Of a stretch of 64,000 nucleotides of DNA, positions 40,083-49,496 are shown piece after piece. The position numbers were made by a program, and so were the translations under genes. This DNA is from a virus, in IMG/VR virus record IMGVR_UViG_3300017964_000010, positions 10,180 to 74,179 of that record. One strand, given 5' to 3'. The stretch's first letter is position 1, and the number at the start of each line of letters is the position of its first letter. A model generated the notes under the pieces. The model did no database searches and had not been told where the DNA came from. It saw only the letters and a program-made list of their open reading frames with translations.

Positions 40083-42023
40083 ATGGCTACATTAACTGAA
40101 GTTGTGAGACAATTAGAAGAATCTAATAAGCAGTCTGACAAAAGACATGAAGAAATCAAAATCGAACTAAAAAAAGGCATAAGTGATGTAGCTAAATCCA
40201 TAAGTGGTATTAAGAGTGCTGGACTCAAGATACCAGGTTTAACAGCTCTTACAAATGCTATTATTGATAATCCTATTACAAGAACACTAGGTGCCTTTAA
40301 AGATTCAATAGTAAATGTTATAACAGCACCGTTTAAATTAATAGCTAATGCAGTATCAACTATTAAAAATGCCATTATAGGTATAGTATCTGGTGTTGGT
40401 AAAATGGTTAAAGATGTTATTACTGCACCAATTTCTGCCGCTTTTGGGCTTATTAAAAGTATATTTTCAACCAACTTTGAAAAAGAAAATAATAAATTAC
40501 TTGATAAAATTTTAATTCAAATGGTGTTTTTAAATGATCAGATGAAATCATACTTTGATTATTTAAAGTTACAAAAACTTGATAATTTACAACAGTCATC
40601 TGATGATACTAATATTCCCAATAATCAAGATCCTGCCGTACCGCAACAACAGTCAAATAGAGGTATGGGGCTGATACCAGCATTTAATTTAGCAGGGGTA
40701 GGCAGGTTACTTGCTGGTTTGGGTCTTGCAATAACAGCAGAGTTTCTAGGTTTAGACAAATACATAAAAGCATTATTTGTTACGGATACTTGGAAATCAT
40801 TAAGATCAATACCAAAAAGAATAGTCAACACGATTGGTTCAGTATTTAAATCTTTAGACAATTTGGTAAATAATCAATTCACAAAAGTAGGAAAAAGTAT
40901 AGCTAAAACTTTTAGAAGCATTACTGCTGGTATTATGATGTTTACTTCTACTTTAGATTTTTCAAGAATTGCAGCTTTCTTTGAACCAATCACTAATGTA
41001 TTCAAAAATATTGGATCAGTACTATCAAAAGTTACAGCACCTATCACAGCAACAGGAAAAGCCGTGGCTCAAGGTGGATCCATACTAAGAAGTGTATTTG
41101 GTGCTGTTGGTAAATTCTTTGGAACAATTGGAAAAATTTTCAGTGGTATTACGTCAATATTTAAACCGGTATTATCAGCAGCTAAAATATTTTCAAGAGC
41201 TACATTTTTACTTCCATTAATTACGTTATTTGATTTTGTCAGAGGTGCAATTACAGGTTTTACTGAAGCTGAAGGCGGAATTATATCAAAATTATTTGGT
41301 GCTCTTGAAGGCGGAATAAAAGGAATTGTAACGGGCATACTTGAAGGTGTAGACGTATTAAAAGATATTGTTACATTTGTTCCAAGAAAAGTTCTCGAGT
41401 ACCTAGGCTTTGGAGAAATAGCACAGAAAATTAAAGACTTTTCTTTAGCGGATTCATTCAACGGTGTATATGACGGAGCTAAAAACTTTATAAAGAACTT
41501 TGGTGAAAACTTTGGAAATTTAATTTCTGGAGCAGGTTCATTTATTAAAGCTACCTTTAAATCTGCAATAACAGATAGAATTAAAAATACATTTGAAAGT
41601 TTAGCAACAGTATTTTTAAACTTTAAAGATAAGCTGATAACATCATTATCCAAAGTAGGATTTAGTCTACCGACTCTCAAAATACCAATCCCCAGTTGGT
41701 TAGGTGGTGGAGAGTTTACTGTATTAGAAGGTACGAGAGTTAGTCTAGTAAGTCAAGAAAAAGCTGGAGCTGCAGCTCAAAGAATTGAAAACAGAAATGC
41801 TGAGTTAATTCAAAGAAGAAATGAAAGAGAAAGAGAAACTAATGCAATGCTCGAAAGGGCACAAAATCAACTAGCAAGTACGGTTGAGGCAAGAGAAGCT
41901 AATAGAACAGTTGCTATGGTAAATAACACAGACGCCCGATCTGTACAGAATAATACTACCGTACTTAATCAGGCGTCTATGCCGATATCAGTTGATGGTT
42001 TTGATAGAATGGCTCCTATCTAG
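40083..42023 (+). CDS. Tape-measure-like protein (gp29 position)
   Basis: 646 aa, helical and amphipathic with periodic F/I/G/K. Directly after gp26/gp51. Confidence 0.65.
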   Translation: MATLTEVVRQLEESNKQSDKRHEEIKIELKKGISDVAKSISGIKSAGLKIPGLTALTNAIIDNPITRTLGAFKDSIVNVITAPFKLIANAVSTIKNAIIGIVSGVGKMVKDVITAPISAAFGLIKSIFSTNFEKENNKLLDKILIQMVFLNDQMKSYFDYLKLQKLDNLQQSSDDTNIPNNQDPAVPQQQSNRGMGLIPAFNLAGVGRLLAGLGLAITAEFLGLDKYIKALFVTDTWKSLRSIPKRIVNTIGSVFKSLDNLVNNQFTKVGKSIAKTFRSITAGIMMFTSTLDFSRIAAFFEPITNVFKNIGSVLSKVTAPITATGKAVAQGGSILRSVFGAVGKFFGTIGKIFSGITSIFKPVLSAAKIFSRATFLLPLITLFDFVRGAITGFTEAEGGIISKLFGALEGGIKGIVTGILEGVDVLKDIVTFVPRKVLEYLGFGEIAQKIKDFSLADSFNGVYDGAKNFIKNFGENFGNLISGAGSFIKATFKSAITDRIKNTFESLATVFLNFKDKLITSLSKVGFSLPTLKIPIPSWLGGGEFTVLEGTRVSLVSQEKAGAAAQRIENRNAELIQRRNERERETNAMLERAQNQLASTVEAREANRTVAMVNNTDARSVQNNTTVLNQASMPISVDGFDRMAPI

Positions 42024-42931
42024 TCTTCATTTACAAGATTTGCAAAGTGAGTCATGATATCGTCATCTTCTTCCGAAGCTGAAGCCATTTCTGCAGTTTC
42101 CATCCGAACAGGTTCTGCTTCTCTCATTTTAGGAGCCGGTTGCGGTTCTCCTAGAGATTCCTCTTGTTTCATTGTAGGTGCTCCAACAGAAGCCTGTTCT
42201 CCGAGAACAGCCATCAGTTTAGCTTGTAGTTCATCATATGTTTTATAATTTTTAGGATCTGTAAATTCACGCAGATCATGAAGTTTATTATAAATTTCTT
42301 CCAGATATGTATCATCAGAAGATAATTCACTCTGGCCAGAAAATTCAGATTTATCGTAGTTACGATAACCTTCTACATCACGAATTTTAAGCTTAAAGTC
42401 GGCACCTTGCCAAAAATCAAATGGATTAATTGGTTCTTCATCTTGAAAATCTGGTTGCATTGCATCCATTAGTTTATCAAAGATTTTCTTCCCATATTGA
42501 AAAATGAATACTTTACCTTCATTGCTTGGATTACCCGGATCTGAAAGAACTAAAATATTCGAAACATAATGCAACCGCCGCTTTTGTTTACGAGCAATTT
42601 CTTTATCCGATTCAATACCAGAGTTCCAGAGTTTACTATTTAATTCCCCCACTGGATCATTTTGACCAATCGAAGTAAGTGAACGTTCAATATACCAACG
42701 ACCCGTTGGTCCCTTAAACCCATGATCCCAATAGCGGTTCCATGGTAAATCTGATCCTTCTGATGCTGGGAGAAAGCGGATAACTGCATAACCATTATTA
42801 GATTTATCTACAGTTGGTTTCCAGATACGATCATCTACATAATTATTAGATTGAGTTGTATTAGTAGCTTCTGCTGCTTTTACAAGTTGATCGATTGCGT
42901 TACGATTACGTTTTAGATTTGCGAATGACAT
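42020..42931 (-). CDS. gp32: Single-stranded DNA-binding protein gp32
   Basis: DDR.WKP..DKS.NGYAVIRFLPA, YGKKIFDK, NPFDFW.GADFKLKI, NYDKSEF, acidic tail. Confidence 0.95.
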   Translation of the reverse strand: MSFANLKRNRNAIDQLVKAAEATNTTQSNNYVDDRIWKPTVDKSNNGYAVIRFLPASEGSDLPWNRYWDHGFKGPTGRWYIERSLTSIGQNDPVGELNSKLWNSGIESDKEIARKQKRRLHYVSNILVLSDPGNPSNEGKVFIFQYGKKIFDKLMDAMQPDFQDEEPINPFDFWQGADFKLKIRDVEGYRNYDKSEFSGQSELSSDDTYLEEIYNKLHDLREFTDPKNYKTYDELQAKLMAVLGEQASVGAPTMKQEESLGEPQPAPKMREAEPVRMETAEMASASEEDDDIMTHFANLVNED

Positions 42932-42976
42932 ATATTTTTTTCCTTATACTGAAATATGTTTTTGTATTACTGTAAT

Positions 42977-43005
42977 ATTATACTACATCTTTATGACATA
43001 GTAAA
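42977..43005 (-). promoter_or_regulatory. Sigma70/T4-early-like promoter
   Basis: TTTACT-17-TATAAT upstream of gp32. Confidence 0.7.
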
Positions 43006-43011
43006 TAGTAT

Positions 43012-43248
43012 TTATTCAAAAAGAAGTTCATTTTGCTTCGGTAGAAAATTTAATTTCATTGCTTCAGCTTCGATTTTCTCTTTGATAAGAGGTGAGATAT
43101 ACTTTTTAACATCTTGTGGATCTATATTAGTAATCTCACATGCTTCAACTACGGCATCAATATACCCTAGTTTCTTTGATAGAACCTGTTCTTCAATAAG
43201 TTTTGTAAACTTTGAACGGTTCATAAAATTATTTTTATCTTCTATCAT
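43012..43248 (-). CDS. gp33: Late transcription coactivator gp33
   Basis: F...IE..V......YIDAV...C....ID...V...IS..IKEKIE.EA..LNFL. Confidence 0.88.
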   Translation of the reverse strand: MIEDKNNFMNRSKFTKLIEEQVLSKKLGYIDAVVEACEITNIDPQDVKKYISPLIKEKIEAEAMKLNFLPKQNELLFE

Positions 43249-44348
43249 CTATCAAGAGCCCTTAATATGATTGTGTCCTTATTAACCCTTCCGTTTGCAT
43301 TTCCGGGTTTTGTAGTAAGTTTGCCCCACTCTTTATTAATTTGATTAGGGGTCTTTTTAAGAACCAGAGGTAAAAATTCATCTGGTTTTCTTAATCTAAT
43401 ATTTCGTGATATATCTTCATCAATTCCTTTAATTGTAGTACCACTCACTTCAAAGCCTTGTGATAATCTACAGACTAACTCTGTAATAACTCTTGACTTT
43501 ACATTAAACAAATATATTCTACTTGCTCCTACAATTGAAGTAGGATTAATAGAAACCAGCTTATGTTCTTTTGACTCTTTAAGATAAGTTAATCTTGTAA
43601 CTTGTTTATCTGCAGTTTTAACTTTAGGTGTTCGAGTTTTTCTTTGTGCTTTCTTTGAAGCCATATATCTTTCTGCATCAACAATAATATCTTCCAAGAA
43701 TTTCATATATGATTTTTTTTCTCTTGCAGACATATGATTATATGCTTCAACAAGATCACTAGGTTTATCATTAATTAATTCTTGCATTTCTTTTAGTTGA
43801 GGAAGATAATAATCATAAACCGCTTTTGCAGTATTATTTGGAGCATCTATCTTTTTTAATTCATCATAAACAGATAAGTCTGAAACCTCTGGAAAAGCAT
43901 CTACTTTTTCTTCTATTTCTCCAATAAAATCAGAAGTACGTTCCTTTACAATATCGGCAATAGTTTTTTTAGGTGTTTCTTCTTCTACTTCTTCTTTTTG
44001 CTCTGCTTTTATTTTACCTTTTTCTACAATCTCTGCAATTCTTTTTCTAATAACTTCTTCTCCATTCCAATATTCTGGAAATGGATTACCTAGATTTTTC
44101 CATGCAATTGTTGCAGATAGATAAGGAACTGAAGTAAATGCCCATTCTGGTGCTTTTAGTGCAAGTTGAATATCTACTTTTTTTAGATTTTTTCTAATAT
44201 AGGCTTTTATAACTTGGGATAATTCTTTTTTATCAACTTCCAAACGAAGATAATCATTAAAGTGTCTAAAGTCGTTTGTAGGAGCTGCAGCAATACCCGT
44301 ACGTGCTCTACGAGAATATACTTTTTTAGTTTTTGCTCTTTTAGCCAT
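43245..44348 (-). CDS. Hypothetical protein (367 aa)
   Basis: Long ORF with SD and upstream promoter. No function recognised. Confidence 0.7.
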   Translation of the reverse strand: MAKRAKTKKVYSRRARTGIAAAPTNDFRHFNDYLRLEVDKKELSQVIKAYIRKNLKKVDIQLALKAPEWAFTSVPYLSATIAWKNLGNPFPEYWNGEEVIRKRIAEIVEKGKIKAEQKEEVEEETPKKTIADIVKERTSDFIGEIEEKVDAFPEVSDLSVYDELKKIDAPNNTAKAVYDYYLPQLKEMQELINDKPSDLVEAYNHMSAREKKSYMKFLEDIIVDAERYMASKKAQRKTRTPKVKTADKQVTRLTYLKESKEHKLVSINPTSIVGASRIYLFNVKSRVITELVCRLSQGFEVSGTTIKGIDEDISRNIRLRKPDEFLPLVLKKTPNQINKEWGKLTTKPGNANGRVNKDTIILRALDR

Positions 44349-44376
44349 GGTATAGAATCTCCTCTATGATAATATT

Positions 44377-44405
44377 ATTATATCATAGTTATAAGGCTCT
44401 GTAAA
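44377..44405 (-). promoter_or_regulatory. Sigma70/T4-early-like promoter
   Basis: (G)TTTACA-17-TATAAT. Confidence 0.8.
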
Positions 44406-44414
44406 CCTTTAAAT

Positions 44415-44624
44415 TTAAAATTCTTCGTTAAGTTTTATGAGTTCTATTTCTCCGTCACGATCTCGTCTGTGTTTTAGATACCCCTCGTGACACAAATATA
44501 ACATTGTTTGTTCTATCAATTCGTCATCTCTTTGTTTACGATTATCACGACCGATAGAATAGGAACAATAAAATATTGCAAAAATACCAAGTGCTAAAAT
44601 AATAAGTGGATCTATACCAAACAT
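44415..44624 (-). CDS. Small membrane-anchored hypothetical protein
   Basis: N-terminal hydrophobic helix, operon context. Confidence 0.65.
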   Translation of the reverse strand: MFGIDPLIILALGIFAIFYCSYSIGRDNRKQRDDELIEQTMLYLCHEGYLKHRRDRDGEIELIKLNEEF

Positions 44625-44625
44625 A

Positions 44626-44871
44626 TTACTTCCTTTTCTGTTTTAAAGAACTTTCCGTGACGTAAACACCTTCACTGTATTTCATTGAAGCAAGTATCTC
44701 ATTAAACATAAAAGGAGATAATGCTATTACATCGTATCTGCCAGATTTATCATTAAATTGTCTTATATAAACATTATTATCAGTCATAATAAGTTGAACA
44801 TCTTCTTCGCGTTCATCATTATCTACGATAGTAATTAATGTATGATCAAATTCATTTTCTATGCTAAACAT
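44626..44871 (-). CDS. Hypothetical protein
   Basis: 81 aa, translationally coupled to neighbours. Confidence 0.65.
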   Translation of the reverse strand: MFSIENEFDHTLITIVDNDEREEDVQLIMTDNNVYIRQFNDKSGRYDVIALSPFMFNEILASMKYSEGVYVTESSLKQKRK

Positions 44872-45248
44872 TATCTTCGCATACTTGCTGCATCAATGGC
44901 CGCTTGTTTATTATCTTTACGAACGGGCATAAGATTAGATTTATGTGTTACTACAATACCTGCTATTTCATCGCCAGTATATTTCATAGTTTCTTTTCTT
45001 GGTGCTATGCCATCAATCCTATCACTAGTAGGACAATTATTTGAGCTAGGGCTAGAAAGATCAGGAAAATCCACTGTCGTAACATTACCACGCTTTGCCT
45101 TTTTCTTTGCCAGCTGATCGGGGTGCACACCCATCTTTTTTAGAAATTCATCATGTTCTTGAATTGTGCTTTTCCAACCAGGCTTCTTTTTCATTTTACG
45201 CTTCTTAGTATTTAAAGAAGTCATTCCTCGTACTAAATGCATAGTCAT
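44871..45248 (-). CDS. Basic hypothetical protein
   Basis: 125 aa. YTG..I.GI...HKSN..PV......A..MRR motif typical of T4-like phages. Confidence 0.7.
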   Translation of the reverse strand: MTMHLVRGMTSLNTKKRKMKKKPGWKSTIQEHDEFLKKMGVHPDQLAKKKAKRGNVTTVDFPDLSSPSSNNCPTSDRIDGIAPRKETMKYTGDEIAGIVVTHKSNLMPVRKDNKQAAIDAASMRR

Positions 45249-45260
45249 ACTAATTTACTC

Positions 45261-45827
45261 TCATACTGTTTCATCAACAATTCTGATATAAGTTTGGTCT
45301 TTTTCATTCTTTTTCATAAAATGATAAAATAGACCATTATCTTTTGCAACTTTTTCTATTTCTTTAGGTCCTTTCCAACTATCAGACTTTGATTCTGTTT
45401 CAAAAGAAATCTGTTCGTTTTCACTATTATATCTTCTAATACATATATCAAAATCCATTTTATAATAATCTTTACGTTCTGTAAAGTTTCCAGTTAATTT
45501 ATCTATATAATAACCTATAAAAAATACCTTATCTTTATGTGTAGTTCTGTTTGTTACATATATTCTGTAAAAAGAATTATTATCGTAAAGACTGTCAATA
45601 TCAACACCAAAACGATTATTGTTTTCTGAATATAGGCTATCATTTAATGGATGCAAATTAGTAATAATATTTCTAAATGTAGAAATGTTTGATGTACCGA
45701 CAGTAGTTGAAATTACATTGCCTCTTAGAGCAAACAACAATTCATTAATGTTTGCTCTATGTTCATAAGGCAAAATTTGTAATCTATTTGAAAATCTTTC
45801 AAACTGATCAACTAACTTTCCAGCCAT
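45261..45827 (-). CDS. Hypothetical protein
   Basis: 188 aa, AAGGAG SD, GATAAATA late-like box at 45847-45854. Confidence 0.65.
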   Translation of the reverse strand: MAGKLVDQFERFSNRLQILPYEHRANINELLFALRGNVISTTVGTSNISTFRNIITNLHPLNDSLYSENNNRFGVDIDSLYDNNSFYRIYVTNRTTHKDKVFFIGYYIDKLTGNFTERKDYYKMDFDICIRRYNSENEQISFETESKSDSWKGPKEIEKVAKDNGLFYHFMKKNEKDQTYIRIVDETV

Positions 45828-45849
45828 CTATTAACTCCTTTTATAGTAT

Positions 45850-46116
45850 TTATCTACAAGCAAAGCTAATTACACTATCTACACGAAAAGAGCGCCAACC
45901 TTTTGCATTTACATCCCACACAGGAAGAACTTCTTCATTAATTGATCTTACTTTTTTCTGAGAAAGTGGATCATCTTTTTTTGCAGGAGGAATTACAGTT
46001 GGCTGTAAAGTACACGTCATATCGCGTTCTTCACCATTTGTTTTTTTAAAAATTACACGACACTCTCCTTGCTGGAGTTTTGTCATCATATATTCACGTG
46101 TTATTTCTTCAGTCAT
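45850..46116 (-). CDS. WYL_2/SH3-like fold protein
   Basis: F.K.NGE.R.M.CTL...VWD....GWRSFR.D. Start moved to MTEEI, which has an SD. Confidence 0.7.
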   Translation of the reverse strand: MTEEITREYMMTKLQQGECRVIFKKTNGEERDMTCTLQPTVIPPAKKDDPLSQKKVRSINEEVLPVWDVNAKGWRSFRVDSVISFACR

Positions 46117-46133
46117 ATTTTTTTCCTTTTCAA

Positions 46134-46274
46134 TTATTCGTCTAATAAATCCAAATAACAATAACCAAATTTTGAACGAGACTCGTGTGAGTCAAGATCA
46201 AGTTTACATTTTTCCATTCTTCGTAGGACTGCATTGGTAGGTCTACCGTTTCGGTCTACTTTAACTGCCCACAT
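46134..46274 (-). CDS. 46-aa hypothetical protein (not in ORF track)
   Basis: AAGGAG SD. MWAVKVDRNGRPTNAVLRRMEKCKLDLDSHESRSKFGYCYLDLLDE. Directly after an early promoter. Confidence 0.65.
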   Translation of the reverse strand: MWAVKVDRNGRPTNAVLRRMEKCKLDLDSHESRSKFGYCYLDLLDE

Positions 46275-46305
46275 ATTTTTCTCCTTATGTATTACCGATT
46301 CTTAT

Positions 46306-46334
46306 ATAATATACCATATAACATTAAAAGTAAA
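46306..46334 (-). promoter_or_regulatory. Sigma70/T4-early-like promoter
   Basis: TTTACT-17-TATTAT followed by AGAATCGG. Confidence 0.65.
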
Positions 46335-46342
46335 TAGCCAAT

Positions 46343-47002
46343 TTAGCTAATTTCATATTTTTTTCTAGCATCTAAAAATGCAGGAAGATAATCGTGAGTG
46401 TTTATTTTAAAAACCTGAGGTTCAGCATTATCTACAGTAATAAGAATAACACCTTGTTTAACAGGTACATTTGTTCTTTCATAAAAAGCAGCTGCATAAA
46501 AAGCAGCTTGAATAAAATAATTTGTAATCCATTCTTTTCTTTTTGTTTTACGTGATGTTTTAAAATCTATAATAGATAATTGTCCATCAAACTCTGCAAT
46601 GCAATCTACTTGTCCAGCAGTTCTTAGAATATCACTATACAAAAATTCTTCTTGAAACCAAATATTGTTTAATCTTTCATCTATAATACTTTTAATTTGA
46701 TTAAAAGCAAATAAGTTATGAGGCATTACATTATCTTTCCATTCGGGTATATTATCAAGATAATCTTCTGCTAGTTTATGTACAGCAGTTCCTCTAATAG
46801 TCGCTCTACGAGAAATTCTATCGGCTTCTTCTTCTCCAACTTTTTTTCTCCAATCTAGGATAGCTTCCTTACTTAAAGCACCTAAAACTGTAGTAATCGA
46901 TGGATAAGCATTACCTTCTGGTGTAAAATATTTACGACCAGCTTCTGTAGTTTTTCTTTCTATCTTAGGTAAAACTATTCCATGATTTACGTGTTTAAAC
47001 AA
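46343..47002 (-). CDS. PD-(D/E)XK exonuclease
   Basis: YPSITTVL, RGT.VH...E.YL, AGQVDCIA, IIDFKTS, Q..FYA. Probable TTG start at 47002 after GAGG. Confidence 0.85.
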   Translation of the reverse strand: MFKHVNHGIVLPKIERKTTEAGRKYFTPEGNAYPSITTVLGALSKEAILDWRKKVGEEEADRISRRATIRGTAVHKLAEDYLDNIPEWKDNVMPHNLFAFNQIKSIIDERLNNIWFQEEFLYSDILRTAGQVDCIAEFDGQLSIIDFKTSRKTKRKEWITNYFIQAAFYAAAFYERTNVPVKQGVILITVDNAEPQVFKINTHDYLPAFLDARKKYEIS

Positions 47003-47240
47003 GATATTCCTCGTGTTCGTTTTCCCACATATTGATACAATTACGAATACCAAGAGCAAGAGTTTGATTATAGTCCATCATTTCTTCCCACTCATCTATA
47101 ACTTCATATATCTGTTCTTGAGTAAGTTCAATGATTTCAACACCAAAATGATTTTGAATTAATTCTTCTGCCCATTCTGTTACATAATTTTCTATCCAGT
47201 CAAGCATCTTGTGTGCTTTATATATTTTAAACTTATTCAT
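46995..47240 (-). CDS. Acidic hypothetical protein
   Basis: 81 aa, overlaps both neighbours. Confidence 0.6.
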   Translation of the reverse strand: MNKFKIYKAHKMLDWIENYVTEWAEELIQNHFGVEIIELTQEQIYEVIDEWEEMMDYNQTLALGIRNCINMWENEHEEYLV

Positions 47241-47574
47241 CTATTAGATTACTCCAAGTTTTAAGTTTATTTCTTTTAGAACTACTTCTTGCATAAATTT
47301 CTTTCCAATCAAGAATACCATGTTCACACATTAAATCAATCATACAATAAACATCTCCAACTTCTTCAAGAAGTTTATTTCTTTGATCATTTTCTATATC
47401 CGATATTTTTTCATACTTACGGACAATCTTACTACACCTTTGTGTAAGTTCACCACATTCTTCAGCAGTAATAATCATTAACTGCTGAAGTTTGTTGATG
47501 GGACTAGTAGGATTAGAATTGCTTTGTCCAAGATATTCTTCATAATCCTCTAAATCGTAAAACATTCCAGTCAT
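47233..47574 (-). CDS. MazG-like NTP pyrophosphohydrolase
   Basis: AEECGEL...LLEEVGDV (ExxE...ExxD). Confidence 0.8.
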   Translation of the reverse strand: MTGMFYDLEDYEEYLGQSNSNPTSPINKLQQLMIITAEECGELTQRCSKIVRKYEKISDIENDQRNKLLEEVGDVYCMIDLMCEHGILDWKEIYARSSSKRNKLKTWSNLIDE

Positions 47575-47771
47575 AAAAATTGTACCTCCACTACTTCTTT
47601 TTCTTTCATCAAAGTAACGACCCTAGCTTTGCTATGCTTACCCCTTACGTGAACTTCAAACCATTCCCTGGCTTCCGTTTCAGTCTCGCAAACTACTGCA
47701 ACCCACTCAGGCAATTCACTCTTGACTGCTTGGCACATAGTGCTGAATTGTGTTGTTACCGTCCAAGTCAT
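47571..47771 (-). CDS. Hypothetical protein
   Basis: 66 aa, ATGA overlaps at both ends. Confidence 0.6.
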   Translation of the reverse strand: MTWTVTTQFSTMCQAVKSELPEWVAVVCETETEAREWFEVHVRGKHSKARVVTLMKEKEVVEVQFL

Positions 47772-47902
47772 TTGTTAAGCATCCTCATACAAGTTAAAAC
47801 CGAGTTTTCTTCTAGGCAGTCGCTCCACACATAGTAAGTATAGTAGCCAAAGCCTGTGAAAAATACTAGTGAGCAAGCAATAATAATCAAGTTTTTAGTC
47901 AT
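47768..47902 (-). CDS. 44-aa membrane microprotein (not in ORF track)
   Basis: AAGGAG SD. MTKNLIIIACSLVFFTGFGYYTYYVWSDCLEENSVLTCMRMLNK. ATGA overlap with the next gene. Confidence 0.7.
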   Translation of the reverse strand: MTKNLIIIACSLVFFTGFGYYTYYVWSDCLEENSVLTCMRMLNK

Positions 47903-47908
47903 TTTTAA

Positions 47909-48100
47909 ACTCCTTTCAGCATACGCCTGAGCTAGTATCTCCAATCTCTCCGCACGGCCTTATTGACATTGCCGCTCTAGTTTGATTGAAACTAACATCC
48001 ATGGTTTTCACGTCACCGATATTTCGCGGGCGAATATATTCACCAGAGATAGTGCTTTTAGCTGATCAACGCCTCCACACAGACGTATGCTGAAAAGAGT
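47909..48100 (-). ncRNA. 192-nt structured RNA (family not established; manA-motif-like size and context)
   Basis: 21-bp closing stem 48080-48100/47909-47929 with two G-U pairs that work only on the minus strand, plus nested stems. GC-richer than the flanks and non-coding. Confidence 0.8.
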
Positions 48101-48108
48101 CTTTAAAC

Positions 48109-48411
48109 TCAATCCCATTCATTATCATACCTTATTGTTTCAAACATTGTTTCTCCATAGTGTTCTTTTGCATATTTGGACCCATCAGTCCAATAATTTG
48201 GATTTTCACCATCTTTTATATTTAAGATAGTAAGAGGATCCTTACGGTTCTTACGTGCTTTTAACATAACGGAACGAGCTTTTTTACCTTTCTCTTTAAT
48301 CTCATTCATTTTAATTTGACGAGCACGGTCGGCTTTCTTTTCTGCTTTACGTCTTTCTGCAATCTCTTTGATGAGAGTAAGACGTTCGGTTTGTGTTTTA
48401 GCTATAGTCAT
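48109..48411 (-). CDS. Basic hypothetical protein
   Basis: Start moved to MTIAK (48411), downstream of the promoter at 48439-48467. Confidence 0.65.
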   Translation of the reverse strand: MTIAKTQTERLTLIKEIAERRKAEKKADRARQIKMNEIKEKGKKARSVMLKARKNRKDPLTILNIKDGENPNYWTDGSKYAKEHYGETMFETIRYDNEWD

Positions 48412-48438
48412 AATCCATCCGATTCTTTTTACACTACC

Positions 48439-48477
48439 AATATAGTATAATTTTAGGGGCTTGTAAACCCCTAAAAT
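48439..48477 (-). promoter_or_regulatory. Early-like promoter with a 10-bp inverted repeat around the -35 box
   Basis: GTTTACA-17-TATATT. attttagggg (48450-48459) and cccctaaaat (48468-48477). Confidence 0.75.
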
Positions 48478-48483
48478 CAATTT

Positions 48484-49263
48484 TTAAGAGAAAAAATCAT
48501 CTATAATATTAAAGGCATCTTCAATACTAAGTTGACTATTAATTCCATATGTTTCACGATTCCCAGTTTTTTCAATATCTTTATCCATTATATCATAATG
48601 GCTTAAAAATTCGAATATCTGTTCTTTGCGATATGCAATCTTATCTTTCTCTTGAGCTTGTATTTGAAATCTAAAATGTTTTATGTTTCCATCGGATGCA
48701 ACCAAAATATTTGGTTGTAATTGTTCACGAGTGGAAAAACTAAGCCAAGTCATTTCAGATTTAATTTCTACAACTGTAAGCCGTCCTTTTAGTTTTTCAT
48801 AGTTTTCTATATACCATTCAGGTAAAGCTTCAAAATTATCCTTCTGTGATGAAGTATAAACATTGAAAAGTTCGGAAAATTTAGCCATTTTAAAACACTC
48901 CTTATAGTGGCCAGACACACTGTTATCCGATGGTGTGTACGATGAAATAAGATATGATTCAAGAAGAAATGATTGAGCATCTTTTTTTCTATCAAAATCA
49001 AATCTTTCAAGATTTTTAGCTATAATATAAAGATCATTTATATCATAGTCCTTTTCTTTAATGTGCTGTATTGCACGATTACGATTACCTTTACCTATAT
49101 ATTGCCATTTGCCATCTTTTAAATAGCCGTAGACATATTGGCCTAAAGTTTGCCAAAAATCCATAGGTGCGCTATTCAGAAACGGTGCAAACTTAACATT
49201 TTTTCTTGGCAGAACCTCTACAGCACCTGGAAGTCCAAAAAAAGCACTCATCACTATCCCCAA
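48484..49263 (-). CDS. GIY-YIG-like (LEM-3-type) nuclease
   Basis: YVYGY...YIGKG...R..QH, LES.LI, N.VSGH. Confidence 0.65.
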   Translation of the reverse strand: MGIVMSAFFGLPGAVEVLPRKNVKFAPFLNSAPMDFWQTLGQYVYGYLKDGKWQYIGKGNRNRAIQHIKEKDYDINDLYIIAKNLERFDFDRKKDAQSFLLESYLISSYTPSDNSVSGHYKECFKMAKFSELFNVYTSSQKDNFEALPEWYIENYEKLKGRLTVVEIKSEMTWLSFSTREQLQPNILVASDGNIKHFRFQIQAQEKDKIAYRKEQIFEFLSHYDIMDKDIEKTGNRETYGINSQLSIEDAFNIIDDFFS

Positions 49264-49496
49264 TCTTTTCTGTCTTGTTCATTATCATAACCATATTCAT
49301 AGGCTTCAATTTCACCAATAGTCATGCTATCTCTTTCTATTCTTTCAGAAGTAATAGAAGCACCAACATAATAATGAGGATCAAAACCGCGGCCGTAATA
49401 ACGATCTGCACTACCACGATCCTGAGGAGAACCGTGCCGTGGAAGCTTATCTGTTACAATTTTATCGTCCATATAAGGATTAGCTACTTTTTGCAT
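49254..49496 (-). CDS. Hypothetical protein
   Basis: RHGSP.DRGSAD.YYGR...PH motif common in phage early genes. Confidence 0.7.
   Translation of the reverse strand: MQKVANPYMDDKIVTDKLPRHGSPQDRGSADRYYGRGFDPHYYVGASITSERIERDSMTIGEIEAYEYGYDNEQDRKDWG

Noticed and set aside
47909-48100. tRNA, 6S RNA or hammerhead/pistol ribozyme identity for the structured RNA
   Set aside because: No cloverleaf or T-loop, multibranched rather than rod-like, no CUGAUGA core, and only a fragmentary pistol-like GCGUUGAU
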